45,941 nucleotides of DNA from Octopus bimaculoides (taxonomy: Eukaryota), in the NCBI RefSeq assembly GCF_001194135.2, contig NC_069005.1:29471868-29517808 (forward strand), in the 5' to 3' direction. This document shows positions 13,312 to 25,946 of this stretch, one piece after another. Each line of letters starts with the position of its first letter. Position 1 is the first letter of the stretch. The position numbers were made by a program, and so were the translations under genes. Below the pieces are notes generated by a model, which was not told the origin of the DNA, did not search any database, and saw only the letters and a program-made list of their open reading frames with translations.

Positions 13312-14801
13312 GTGTATGTATATGTTTGTCCCCCCTGCATCGCTTGACAACTGATGCTAGTGTGTTTACGTCCCCGTAACGTGACTTGCTCAAGAATACA
13401 ATACGCAGCCTGGTCTAGGTCTCAAACACTCAACCTCACGATTGTGAGCCTGGTGCTCTAACCACTGAGCCATGTACCTTGGGCTGGATATGGCTGATTT
13501 AAATTGCTAAAAGGTTACTTTTGCTGTTGATTAGTCCCAAGTTAGTTCTAACAGAGCTGAATCATGCTCAAAAGCCTTCCAACCATGGCCATTCCATTTA
13601 TTGGTATATGTACATCTACATTGTCCAATATGTCCTTTCTTAACTTTTTCAATGCCAACCTGCTTGGGACCATTCCTGCTTCACATTTTAAAATTTCAGG
13701 TAAATTTATTCTCCAAATATCAGTTTAATATTGATAAAATAACTTTATTAAATTCTTCCTGATTTCCAAAATTAATTGAAATAAAAACAAGATATTTCAA
13801 CAGAAATATGATGTCAAATGATATGATTTGAGGAACATTTAGCTGCAGTTTCTGGCAGGTCATATGACCTTGTAAAACAAAGGAAAATAAACCAAAAGAC
13901 TTACTTGATTTTGTGGTTGATTTTTTAATTGCAGTTTTGGTTTTCTTTTTATTTTCTGGTGTGACTAAGGGAGATGGCTGCCAAATGCAAGGAACAGGTG
14001 TGGAGGAATGGAAGAAAAAAAAGGAAAACAAAAACAACCCATGAATAATGTGAACTGCATGAATGTGCAGTGGGAATATTTAGCAATCAGATCACTCTAT
14101 CTGATGTTTGCGATTCACTAGAAATTACCTACATCAGCGAAAAGATCTGACCAACCAAGACTTTGCCTGGAACCGACTCCAACAACAACTTCATCTTTTG
14201 GTGCTTATATATATATATATATATNNNNNNNNNNNNNNNNNNNNNNNNNNNNNNNNNNNNNNNNNNNNNNNNNNNNNNNNNNNNNNNNNNNNNNNNNNNN
14301 NNNNNNNNNNNNNNNNNNNNNNNNNNNNNNNNNNNNNNNNNNNNNNNNNNNNNNNNNNNNNNNNNNNNNNNNNNNNNNNNNNNNNNNNNNNNNNNNNNNN
14401 NNNNNNNNNNNNNNNNNNNNNNNNNNNNNNNNNNNNNNNNNNNNNNNNNNNNNNNNNNNNNNNNNNNNNNNNNNNNNNNNNNNNNNNNNNNNNNNNNNNN
14501 NNNNNNNNNNNNNNNNNNNNNNNNNNNNNNNNNNNNNNNNNNNNNNNNNNNATATATATGAGGAGGTGCTGAAAAGTTCCTGGCTCTGGGTAAAAGCAAA
14601 TACAAGAGGATCAATTAATTATAATTTTATTCAACATACTTCCCTCTCACATTTGCAAACTTATTGCAGCAGACCTTCAGATTTTCTAAGCCTTGTAAAA
14701 AGAACTCAGAAGGTTGGGCCTCTAACTAGGCCTTTCTTGATAGCCTTAAAGCCAGGAACTTTTTAGTACCCCCTTGTATACATGTATGTGCATGTGTACA
14801 T

Positions 14802-14875
<74 letters not shown>

Positions 14876-17800
14876 TATATATATATACACATACACACAT
14901 ATGTAACAAGTGTATTTAGCAATCAGATCACTATATCTGATGACGCGATTCGCAAGAATATTACCCATGTCATCGAAAAGATCTGACCAATGAAGACTTT
15001 GTCTGGAAGTGGCTCCAGGAACGATTTTGTCTTTTGGCTCATTTCTTCCTGAGTCTAACCGTCACCATATATATTCACTGCACCTTAGTTACCATGAAGA
15101 GACAAGACAGCAGACAGACAGTGAAAAGATGGTTGACAGCAGTTGACCCAAGCTGACAGTAGCTAAAGCAATGAACAAATGAAAGACAGCAGCTTATCCA
15201 AGCCGACAATACAAAAGCAATGAACAGATGGTGAACGAGAAACAGAAGACAGTAGCATCACCAGCAGCTAGCACAATGAATGAACAACAACAGGAACACA
15301 AGAACCAGCAAACATTTTAACTGCTGTTACATTCACATCAATCCGAGAACAACAATATTCAAACACTGCTCAATGGTTTATTGTGCATAGTAATAGCAAC
15401 ATTTTACTTTGTTACATGGAAAGAATAATTATTTTATTTATCAGAACTCTCAACATATATCAGTGTTCCTCTTCGTAACAAAAGTAAGAACTTGTAGTAT
15501 ATTTCGGATATTGTTGTATGAGCTTAAGTACAGGACAGGGGTGGAAAGTTATGAAGCTGTGCAGAAGATAAAAGAAAATGAGCTCATTCAATGTTTAAGG
15601 GAGTGGAGCAGGCTTTATCAAGTTGTGATTGTGAACAGACAAATTTAAAACTACTTTTCAAAGCACTGAGTGGCTCTCCTCTCACTCACACACAATATGT
15701 ACATACATACATACATATACGTGGTCTAATCAATAAATATCTGGACTGTTGCCATAGTAATGAAGCTAAAGCACGCAGTGTGAAGCTGTTTGACACAGAT
15801 TGGCCTTGAACTCTGCTGTGCATGTGCAATAAGGTTTAATATTCTAGCTCACTTCTGCTGTTTACAGCAGTGCTTGGAAGGAAGGGGTGTAGTATGTGAT
15901 TGTCACATTGACCATGACAGAGAATCTGCATAAAATTTTGCCAAAAGCATGGTGATACCTGCTCAAGGGCCTACACAAAGTTTTCATCGTTCTCGACACA
16001 ATCAAGGAGATTTTGTGCAACTGAAACCGACTTTTTGTTCAGCTGAAAGCAGTTTTGAAACAAATTTGGAAGACATGCAACTTATACCCAAATCTTCAGT
16101 GATAACGGACTGAACTGAACCTTAACTAATCTACACATCCTCTGATAACTCACAGATGGTGATTAAATGGTTTCCCCTCACAGCTGCATGCACATCTGTG
16201 ATGTTTTTCTCAGTTCTGCTGGTTGTGGGTCTTCCAGAATGTTTGTCAAAGTCGACATTTTTTCGGTAATGTTGGAAACGTCTGAACCACTCACACACTC
16301 TTCTCCATACATTTTCTGCAACTTTGCATAGGCTTTTGAGCAGGTATCGCCATGACATCTTTCTCTGTCAAGGTCAATGTGACGATCCCACACTACACAT
16401 CCTCTTTCCAAGCACTGCTGTAAACAGCTGACGTGAGCTAGAACATTAAAACTTGGTGTGCATGCACAACAGAGTTCAAGGTCAATCTTTACCAAGTGGC
16501 TTCACTCTGCATGCCTTAGCTTCGTTACCATGGCAACAATCCGGATACTTATTGATCAGACCTAATATATACACATAAGAAAAACAAGCACTTTCCTTCA
16601 CATATGATAAACATATACATCAGACTCTACACACTTCTATCACAATGGTACAGTGACCATTTTCACGTATTTTGAATCAGAAAACAAACAAAAACAATCA
16701 TCATATATCATTGTCATTTAACGTCCATCTTTCCTGCTGGCATGGGTTAGATGGTTCAACAGGAACTGATGTACCAGAAGACTGTGTCATGTTTCAATAA
16801 CTGCTTGGCATGATTTCTAAAGGCAACCATTTTACATTTGCTTTTTCATGGTATAGTACTGGCACCAGTAAGGTGAAGAAGTCACTATGTAACTAGTAAG
16901 ACTAAAGGTCCTCCTTAAAGTGAGTGGAAGTGTAAAAGAGAAGGAGGCAGTTTTATGGTAGGGGCTGAGAAACTGAAGAACGACAGAGGTTGACAAGAAC
17001 AGGTTTCTTGCTGCAGCAGAGCTACATGGTTACCTTGCATTATATATAAGTAGGTTGGAATAATTAGAGGGAAGCTGAAAAGAGAGATAAAGATGAGAAT
17101 GAAGAGATATCAGAGCATAACTTAAAGGAACAAGAAGGTGAATAGAAGAGTGTGGACAGAAGATGAAAGAGAAGGATGGATAGGTAGGGGATGCAAGAGT
17201 GCATGTGGAGAGTGAGAGATGGTCAGAGAAGGGGAGTAAGGGTGTTGTGGATGAATGGTGAATTAGGGTGGAAGGGTGGTCAGTGATAAACATGAGTTGG
17301 AGTGTGAGGAGTTGGGTGATCGACAGAAAATGAGAGAGGGAGGATGAAGGATGAGTGTCACAGGTAGAGATTCTGTGGAGTGGAGTGCATGGCTCAGTAT
17401 CATGAAGTAGAGAGTTCGATTCCTGGACCAGGCTGTGTGTTGTGTTCTTGAGCACAACACTTTATTTCACGTTGCTCCAGTTCACTCAGCTGTAGAAATG
17501 AGTCGCGATGTCACTGGTGCCAAGCTGCATCAGCCATTGTCTTTCCCTTGAATAACATTGGTGGCATGCAGAGGGGAGACTGGTATGTATGGGCGACTTA
17601 CTTGTCTTTTATAAATAAATTTGCCTGGACTTGTGTCTTGGAGGGTAACTTTCTAGGTGCAATCTCATGGTCATTCATGACTTAAACGTGTGTGTATCAG
17701 GTCACTAAGAATGTCAGGGTGTGGTCAATAAAACGTTGTCTAAATTATGCAAAAATGAAAATAACGCTGACATCTCATTTTAACAGATATATTTACCAAA

Positions 17801-20644
17801 ATTGCATAAAAGTATCTTGAAATACTAAAGAGTAAATTTATTCAATAAAATTGCCACTGGCTTCAACCATGGCCCCCAGATGACTTCAGAATCTCCTGCA
17901 ACTCTTCTGGATGTTCTCTTTGTTTAAGTTGGTGAATGCTGCCATAATCTTTGTCTTCTTTGGTGTTACAAGGAGTTTTGTTGATCTCTCGCTCAACTGC
18001 ACCCCACACATAATAATCAAGGGGGGTTGCAGTTTGGGGAATTAGGTGTCCAGATGTTAGGGGGTCGTGTGGTTTCAGAAATCGTCTGACAGCCATGACT
18101 GGGTTCTCCTGCTTGTGTGGCATGGTGCAGAGTCCTGTTGCCAGACATAGGGTCTTCCAGCAGGACATGGAATTGTTGCAAAAATTCTATGAATTGCGTG
18201 GAGGTAATTATGTGCTGTGATGGGATTGGCCAAAGAAGATTTACAAAGAATCAGTCAGGACAGGTATGAGAATGTAGGACCTCGCAAACGAGATGGTAAT
18301 GATGTGAAAGGATGAGAACTTGCAGAAGATTGTGGTATTGCAGACTTGTGCAACTGATACTTGTATGGGGAGAAAAACAGATGTTAAAATGACAATGATG
18401 ATGACGATAATGATGATACAACATTTAATCGGGTGATGAAAATGAAGGCGATGATTATGATGCGACAGACGAGAAAGTTGGTACTTGCCAGAACAGGGTT
18501 TTGTGACAGCAAGTTTGTAAAGGAAGGGTTCACAAACAGTGTTGATGTGTCTGTCCCTAACAAATTCGATGATGATGGTGGAGATGTGACCACAGGTGCT
18601 GCACTGGAGCCAACACTACTGCTGCTGCTGCTAATGGTCTTTTTCCTGAAATTGAACAGAGCAAGTAATGATTTCTTAGCTAGAGTATGAAATCAAGTAA
18701 GGTTACACGTTTCGCTCCCAGCGCAAACTGTAGGAGAGGAACTCAGGAAACAGATCGTGAAAACAGGTGATGGAAAGTTCCTGGCTTTGGGTAAAAGAAA
18801 ATACAAGACGATCAGTTAATTATGATTTTATTCGACACATTCCCCTCTCACATTCACACACTTATTGCAGCAGTCTTTCAGTTTTTTCTAAGCCCTGTAA
18901 AGAACTTGGAAGGTTGGGCCACCAACCAGGCCTTTCACAATACCCTTAAAGCCAGGAACTTTAGCAACCCTTAGTATAGTATATATACTATTTCCAGGGC
19001 ACTAAATATGCGATGGCTGAAATGAAGAAACTATGCTTCTGTGAAATTCTGTTTTCTGCTGGGGAAAACAGTGGCCGAAACAGCTTACAAGGAAGCTACC
19101 ACGAGCAGAACACAAGTTTACGTGTGGCTTTCACGCTTTAGAAATGGTCACTTGTCTCTTGAAGACCAGCCTCATGCAGGGCGATCGTCGACCTCCCAAA
19201 TGAATGCAAAAATCACGAAAATTTATGAACTGATCTTGGAGGACCATTGCCAAACAATTGACGACCTTGCTGATATAACCGGTGTGTCCTGGAGCTCCTA
19301 CCAACGAATTTTGAGTGAGGAATTGTGAATGAAAAGGGCTGCAGCNNNNNNNNNNNNNNNNNNNNNNNNNNNNNNNNNNNNNNNNNNNNNNNNNNNNNNN
19401 NNNNNNNNNNNNNNNNNNNNNNNNNNNNNNNNNNNNNNNNNNNNNNNNNNNNNNNNNNNNNNNNNNNNNNNNNNNNNNNNNNNNNNNNNNNNNNNNNNNN
19501 NNNNNNNNNNNNNNNNNNNNNNNNNNNNNNNNNNNNNNNNNNNNNNNNNNNNNNNNNNNNNNNNNNNNNNNNNNNNNNNNNNNNNNNNNNNNNNNNNNNN
19601 NNNNNNNNNNNNNNNNNNNNNNNNNNNNNNNNNNNNNNNNNNNNNNNNNNNNNNNNNNNNNNNNNNNNNNNNNNNNNNNNNNNNCATCTGGACCGATAAA
19701 TTGCTTCAAATGGAGAATACTTTGAATGTTATAAACATGTAAAAACTCGGTGAATAAAATAATATTGCAAAATTCCGGTTTCTTTTGGGTACCCCCTTGT
19801 ATTTATGACAAAAAAAAAAAAACAGCTAAATTTCTTTCTTTAACGTTTTACATCCAAAATAGGAATTCTGAAAGACTTTTCAATAAATCTTAATTTTTAA
19901 ACACAGGATAGCTATGGGTAGTTCACCAGAATAAAACAGCAATCAAAGGGGTCCATAGACATAAAAATGGTTGAGAACTCCTGCTTTAAACATTTATCAC
20001 TTGGTGCCAAAATTCCATTGCAACAGTTGTGAGCTGTCACTGACGCGATTTCACTGAATCTCACTGCATGCATGTCTTTTGAGATGAAGTGGAACCACAT
20101 CTGCAACCAGATCGCAGTATTTGCAGAAAAAAAAAATTACAACACCAAACAATAGATATCAAAGTGAAGTCAACAGTGTTTGCATGGTTTCCGACGACTA
20201 ATATAGGTGTCTCCCACACTCGAATAGAAGAAAGAATTTCATTTACTTTTTCGTCACAATGCTTTCTCTGTTTATTTCTATGTCGCTCTCACTCGATGCC
20301 GTCGCGTCGGAGTCGCCCGATGAGTCGTTGATATTTTCGTATGATAATAGACGATCCAACAGGAAACTGAAACAAACAAACATCAACACTGCAAACTTTG
20401 ACGAAATGATCAACATTCAGCATTATAAGCAGAAAGACAATCGAAAGCACAAATGTGTGTCCATATATGTAAGTGAAATTATGCCAAATATAACTAAATT
20501 GAAAACCTTTCCCCCCTGGCCATATTGGCAATTCTGAAAACTTTTGGGTGCGAATTTTTACACAAGTAGATTTTTTAAATAATTGTTATCCTGAAAATCA
20601 CCTGCGCAAATTACACAGGCGCACAAATTACATAGGTTTTTAGG

Positions 20645-20708
<64 letters not shown>

Positions 20709-23700
20709 ATATGTATATATATATGTGTGCGTGTATATATACACACATGTACATATATGTGTGTGTGTGTATGTATAAACAAGGTTATTACCAGTTCAAA
20801 TATACTTGGGGAATATTCTAACCCATAAGTGTAGACAAATGGTGTAAATACAGCAAAACCAGCTTGCAGCATCACATACCGAGTGTGAGATGCAAGCATT
20901 TTGGAGTGGTTATCTCCTCTTCACTCACAGGAACCCAGACAGGGTGTGCTGCTGATAAACATTACAGTACAGAGCCATGCATATACATTTATAACATAAG
21001 TTTCAAAATAAAATGTGAACAAGATGATTACTTTTTGTCCCTGGAAACTTTCAGAAGTTTTCTCTGGGCCCTTCGCAATTCTTCAAGGAAACATTCTTGT
21101 TCCTGTTGATGGAAAATGATATGTGAAGATCAGATTTTATGAAATTAGTTTACACACAAGCATTATGTCTTACAAACATTCTCCTTCCAAGTGTCTTGCT
21201 GTCAGTTTCACCAAGCCTGTAACAACAAGAGCTCCCCTAACACTTGTCAATTATGCAGTGTACCCCAACCAGTTGTAGCAACATCCAATTAGATAAGTGG
21301 TTCTAAACTGGAGTCCATATGACCCTTGAAGGTCCATAGAAGATTTTATCATTAAAATTTAAGCCTTTAGCATTCAGATTACTGTCAAATGTAATTCTTA
21401 TTGATTCACATTGTTTTGAATTAACCATGTATTATCTCGTGGCCCTGATATTTCAAAAATGTGATTGTTTATTCTTAGAATGACATTGTAAAGAAGGTTT
21501 AAGAGGCCTGATCTGGCTGGTTCGAACGTAAAACAAGAAAAATATTTAGGCCCGATATGGCAGGTCCAAATGCTAAAGGGTTAATGTACAACAAACCAGT
21601 TACACTTCTACAACACAGTTCCAATTAATATCTAATTTAAAAAATACAGTATGAATATTTTAAAACATCAAATTGTTATGCGGGTCCACAGGTAAAAAAG
21701 GGTTGAGAATCACTGAGATAGGGCCAGGGCCAGCAAGAGCTAAGTAGTTTTGTCCTAGATACAGCAGTGCCGAGGTAAAAATCAAACACCCAACAGCCGA
21801 GACCAGATGCCCAATAACCCTAGTGTCTTCATCAACTCAATAAATGCTTTTGAAACACTTAGTGGGGTACCAGGGTACTGCTGGTGATTTCATTTACATA
21901 CAGTTTTTGAAATGTTTGTTGTTGTTGTTGTCCAACTCTCAAAACAGCACTGACCAAACAGACATTTGATCAAAGAGTAGCTTTTATCGTTTATCTGTTT
22001 CAGTCATTAGACTGTGGCCATGCTGGGGCACCGCCTTGAACTTTTAGTCAAAACTCCAACCCCTTTACTACCTGGAACTAGAAATTGTTGATCAAAAACA
22101 TATAAAAATGAAGAAATCTCAAAACAATAATAATAAGTGAAACACTTACATAAACCAAGAACTTTAACTTGCTTTTCAAATTCTTGTATTTTCGTTTGTA
22201 ATCAACCTGGTGATCAATTGCATTGTCTGTAAAAAATGAGAAGAGTTCATCTTTAACTCTTTAGCATTTAAAATGGCCATATCCAGCCAAAATAACTGAC
22301 CTGTTTTATCCTCAAACTGACCAGATCCAGTATCTCACACTCATCTTACAATATTATCCTTTTATTCTTTTACATGTTTCAGCCCTTTGTCATAGAAACC
22401 AGAGGTCACTCTACCTGCTAGAAATCACAACTAAATATCTTTCAAATCAAACCCTACCATTTTAAACAAGGCAGAACACATTGACTGTACAGTCCTTGAC
22501 ACTTGTTAAAACACGAGATGGTCATAACTGGAATGGTTTTGATCATGTCTGTTCAATCAGGACACACCCTGGGTGAAACAACTGTAGGTTGCTGTAACAC
22601 AGGTGTTTTTATTTATTTATTTTTTTCATAGATTAAAAGTTTGGGTGCATCTAATTAATGGTATTATTTAGGGTGGATATAAGGTGCCAAGCTGGCAGAA
22701 TTGATAGAATGCCAGACAAAATGCCTAGCAATATTTCCTCCGTCTTTACGTTCCGTCGAAGTTGACTTTGCCTTTTCTCCTTTCAGGCTCATTGAAATAA
22801 GTACCAGTCAAACACTGGGGATCATCAGGCCATGGATCATTTGGTGCAGGGCCACACAGAAAGAATAAATTTTAAAATCATATTTGTGTGTGTGTGTATA
22901 CTCAACAAGCAGGAATGTGAACACCTAATTGTATACCTTTAGCAAACTCTGATGAGATTCAACTTTTGAATGGTTTTAATTATGGTAATTAATTTATAAA
23001 GGTCTGGAATCGAAACAGCAGTTAGAGACGATGTCTATTTTATCTCCATCCCACTCAACATCAAGCTGCGTTTTATATACACAAGGAAAGGGTTTATGTT
23101 AATGGTAATTGAAGGTTCATGAAACGGGTTTGCTAAAACTGAGGTGCGTCTTGTAAGTCACCAATTATTTGATTTTGTTTTTATTGCTGGACTTCTTCCA
23201 ATGATGTCTGTTGCTTCGAAATAAAGAATATTGATTTCTAACTGTGATTCAAGAGCATAAATTGTAGATGATGCGAGAGAATATACTATTTGACAGGGGC
23301 TTAACTTTTATCGAATCCGTTACGATGAAAAGCTAGGTCAAATATTGGCAGGGTTAAAATGCAGAGTCAGAACCGAACTAAAATAATCACAACACACTTT
23401 TACTTACCGCTCTACCGATTTTGGAAATTCACAACCCTTTATAAGGGACATATTAATAGCTTTCTTTTGGCACACGAAGAATCCCACCACCATCACCAGC
23501 ATTACCGAACAGAAAATAGATAGCAGATTCGTGTTTGCCTCGCTGCAAGGGATATTATTAGCAACGTATGTAGTTTGAAATCTAATTGCAAACACATTTC
23601 GTCGAGATACATGGGTGATTTGGTTAAACTATAAATAAATCTAGTATATTAGGATGTTTACTGAACCCGGAGATAGGATTGAAAAGACGATATCAGTGGG

Positions 23701-23814
23701 ATACGAATTTAGGGCAGAGGCACATCAAACGTCAGGTACCACAAAATAACGAATAAAGCTCATTACTATTATCATGGGTTATCAAGTCGGGGTAGGATTT
23801 GATCTTGTGCGCGC

Positions 23815-23867
<53 letters not shown>

Positions 23868-24144
23868 CATTTCGTTTATTGGTAGGGAAAAAATAAAGAG
23901 ATCAATTTGGCACTGGTGAGGGCTGAACTTAGAAGAGTGAAACAGAGTGAGATAAAGGGTAAAGAAAAAAAAAATAGATAAGTCACGTTCCTTAGCGAGT
24001 GCACTACCACTTATTGTCAATAACGACAAATGTCATGAGAGTGAAAAGCGGTCAATAATGCAGAGAACAAGAAATGAAGAAACAAATGCATTACATACCT
24101 GTGTTTGTCACTGTTGCCGCACTGGATGCGGAAACAGGCATCAT
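10040..24144 (-). CDS. INO80E: INO80 complex subunit E (~262 aa, 8 coding exons)
   Basis: Exons 24144-24099, 22226-22150, 21102-21032, 20366-20247, 18645-18489, 13977-13905, 12458-12293, 10118-10040 (789 nt), phases consistent. The translation contains [60 protein letters not shown] and ends ELVIDAPQ*, matching the INO80E N-terminal coiled coil and LVID tail. AATAAA on the minus strand at 9995-10000. Confidence 0.93.
10405..10886 (+). mobile_element. Mariner relic with internal deletion
   Basis: The N-terminal HTH ([24 protein letters not shown]) is joined to the C-terminus ([27 protein letters not shown]). TIR-like end gatgacccaata. Confidence 0.85.
11440..12110 (-). mobile_element. RTE-clade LINE 3' fragment (RT thumb and C-terminus) in INO80E intron 7
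   Basis: [56 protein letters not shown] and [25 protein letters not shown], with in-frame stops. Confidence 0.85.
14556..14779. mobile_element. Mariner-derived MITE (~220 bp); related copies at 18766-18975, 43610-43710, 44100-44190
   Basis: TIRs gaggaggtgctgaaaagttcctggct / agccaggaactttttagtacccccttgta. The interior retains a transposase-like 3' end (..RGKYVE*). Confidence 0.75.
15718..16566. mobile_element. Mariner-derived fold-back element (two inverted 5' ends)
   Basis: Arms ~15718-15985 and ~16320-16566 are inverted copies. The minus strand encodes [21 protein letters not shown] and [26 protein letters not shown]. Confidence 0.8.
17384..17682 (+). mobile_element. tRNA-derived SINE family 2; copies at 29137-29397(+), 43800-44078(-), 13385-13475(-)
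   Basis: Head ggctcagtggttagag..gttcgatt, central tgtgttcttgagcaagacacttt, shared tail ggtcattcatgac. Confidence 0.85.
17696..18170 (-). mobile_element. Tc1/mariner-superfamily transposase 3' fragment
   Basis: [21 protein letters not shown] motif (cf. SPDLNPLDYxxWG). Confidence 0.7.
19010..19800 (+). mobile_element. Mariner relic spanning an assembly gap
   Basis: [59 protein letters not shown], then a gap, then the 3' end ending ggtacccccttgta. Confidence 0.8.
21296..21715. mobile_element. hAT/Charlie-type MITE (CAGTGGTTCTCAAC-like TIRs); related copies at 10893-11203, 12540-12630, 19870-19985, 27560-27780
   Basis: Ends agtggttctaaac ... gttgagaatcactg, and the copies share an internal atggaccc motif. 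Confidence 0.65.
21359..21584. mobile_element. TTAA-flanked MITE family A (piggyBac-type termini), nested in a hAT-type MITE
   Basis: ttaagcctttagcatt ... aatgctaaagggttaa. Other full copies at 28335-28550, 29879-30079, 35008-35238, 41005-41197; interrupted or partial copies at 8845-9388, 9390-9855, 22254-22365, 26308-26460, 27200-27310, 29083-29130. Confidence 0.75.
22685..22820 (+). mobile_element. SINE family 3; copies near 27760-27870(+), 44230-44420(-), 44772-44930(+)
   Basis: Shared gctggcagaat..gttgactttgccttt..cctttc..gataaaataagtaccagt. Confidence 0.7.
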
Positions 24145-24330
24145 TATTGGTTGAAAAGTGAACTTTTTAACAATCTGAAAGTGATAACAGAAAAATTAAC
24201 CAAAAATGCAAACAGAGCGGTTGCGAACTACGTCACGGCAACATTACAGTGAACTTCCGTTTCCGACAGTGGGCACCGCCGAAACTAATTTGCTTAATAC
24301 GTCATCACTTTGTGTCTTTCTTTTTAGCCA
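24145..24330. promoter_or_regulatory. Bidirectional promoter shared by INO80E (-) and RPL6 (+)
   Basis: About 170 bp separate the INO80E ATG (24144) and the predicted RPL6 TSS (24316). The interval is locally CpG-enriched, with tandem ETS-like ACTTCCG/TTCCG (24253-24265), CGTCAC (24231) and a TCT/TOP element. Confidence 0.75.
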
Positions 24331-24342
24331 GTACCTGGAATG
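24316..24342 (+). other. RPL6: RPL6 non-coding exon 1 with 5' terminal oligopyrimidine (TOP) tract
   Basis: TCT-type initiator gtCTTTCTTTTTT followed by a GTAAGT donor at 24343. It would splice to the acceptor caacAG at 28655-28656, 10 nt before the ATG. The TSS position is inferred from the motif. Confidence 0.8.
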
Positions 24343-25946
24343 TAAGTAAAATGGTTGTTTATATGTCTCCTTATTAATCTCCTTTAATCGTGGATTTTAG
24401 CCTTAAATTTATTTTCATCATCGAGAGAAAAGTAACATGAAAGATATTTATTTCTGTTTCTATGCTCTATTATTTAGATTACTCGTGAAAAATTAATATT
24501 ATTACATGTTTTTCTCCTCTAAGTCAAATGTTCATAAATGGCGATCGAATTATTTGTTAGAAGCACATGAGTTTTTTTTTTAAAGAATTGTCTACATTCA
24601 TTTAATATTCAGTAACATTGTTCTTTGTAACACAACACTTCGCACGTATTTCCCATATAATGAACCTTTTTTCCACATGGGTTACATTCACGTGTATGTG
24701 TCGATCCTCGTTAAATATATTTTCCCGTCTCCTCCATCGTGTAATCTTTCACCGTTTAGAGTTTGATACCTCGTATATACTTTTAAAAAGAAATATATAT
24801 TGTTAAAGCTGTGGACAGAAACATTTGTAAGTCTATAAATTTCCAATGGAGGGAGAACTATTCATTTTATTATTGTAATATCGGTAAATTTTCAAATTAA
24901 CACCCGCACGATTTTCACTAGGGTGTCAGGGTTAGGGTGACAAACTGAAATTCGCGTCGAGCAATAAAAGCTATATTGACCTACCGAAAGTGGACATGTA
25001 TATATACGCATATATGACTATAATCCAAGTTGTGGTCTCATCTGCGAATTCCAGCTATTATATATGTGTGTAGAACCATATGCTTACACATATACTCCAC
25101 TCGTGTTGTCCCTTTAATTATTTTTAGGGGTTAATGTTCACCTTTTTTGGCCCTGAAGTACGAATATCGTATACATTCACCACTGTCTCCTGTTGTTACG
25201 GGCTCGTTAAAAAAACCGAGTGGAATTCGAACCCGAGGAGCCTCGGGTGCTCGACATGCTTAGATAGAACATCGTCTTCAAAATTTAAAGACGAGAGAAA
25301 GGCAATGAATAATGTTAATGCGTGGTCTATAAAAACAAGACTAGTTGGTCATGGTTAGAAAGTCGCTGATTTGCGATTTTCGGTTAATATTCGTCCAGTT
25401 TTTAATAATTTGAACTTGTATACTATCTATGTGTTCAGATATATTGCTTTTTGTCGTTTTTAACCACGGACATTTTCTATGCAATAGCTGTTTAACCTAT
25501 GGTCAACCATCAATAAGCTGACCCATGACCAAAAAAATGAAACAAAACATCCCAAGCGCGATCACTCCCGTTTTTTTTCTTGTGTATATATTTATATATA
25601 TCCAATGTGTTTTCAAGAGAATAGGGTGAGATTTCAGGGACATTGGCTAATATTTCTTGCCGATCAGGTGACTACGTTGAGGCCCTCTCGTTGGTTTGTT
25701 GTAGTAATTTCAAAACGAAGCCATGGTAAAGGACCGGTGAGGGTTGGTGACAGAAAGGGCATCTGCCTGTAGAGAATTTACCACAACATGCCAGAATGGA
25801 AAGTGGTTGTTAAAACAAGGCTGGCAATTGTAGATTATGTATTGATGAAGAACTATCTGAATCGATTATCTGTGTTTGTGGATAATAACAGTTGTATTCT
25901 GTTGAAAGCTCTATTCTGTGGGCCTTGGTTCAGGAACCCGATATGA

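Noticed and set aside
20879-20952. Further pseudo-exon in INO80E intron 3 (cagCAG acceptor, GTATGT donor)
   Set aside because: It has a stop in the host frame and a modest pyrimidine tract, so I cannot distinguish it from chance.
23404-23595. Small transmembrane protein ORF
   Set aside because: It has no ATG start and its frame is incompatible with the flanking INO80E exons; kept only as a poison-exon candidate.
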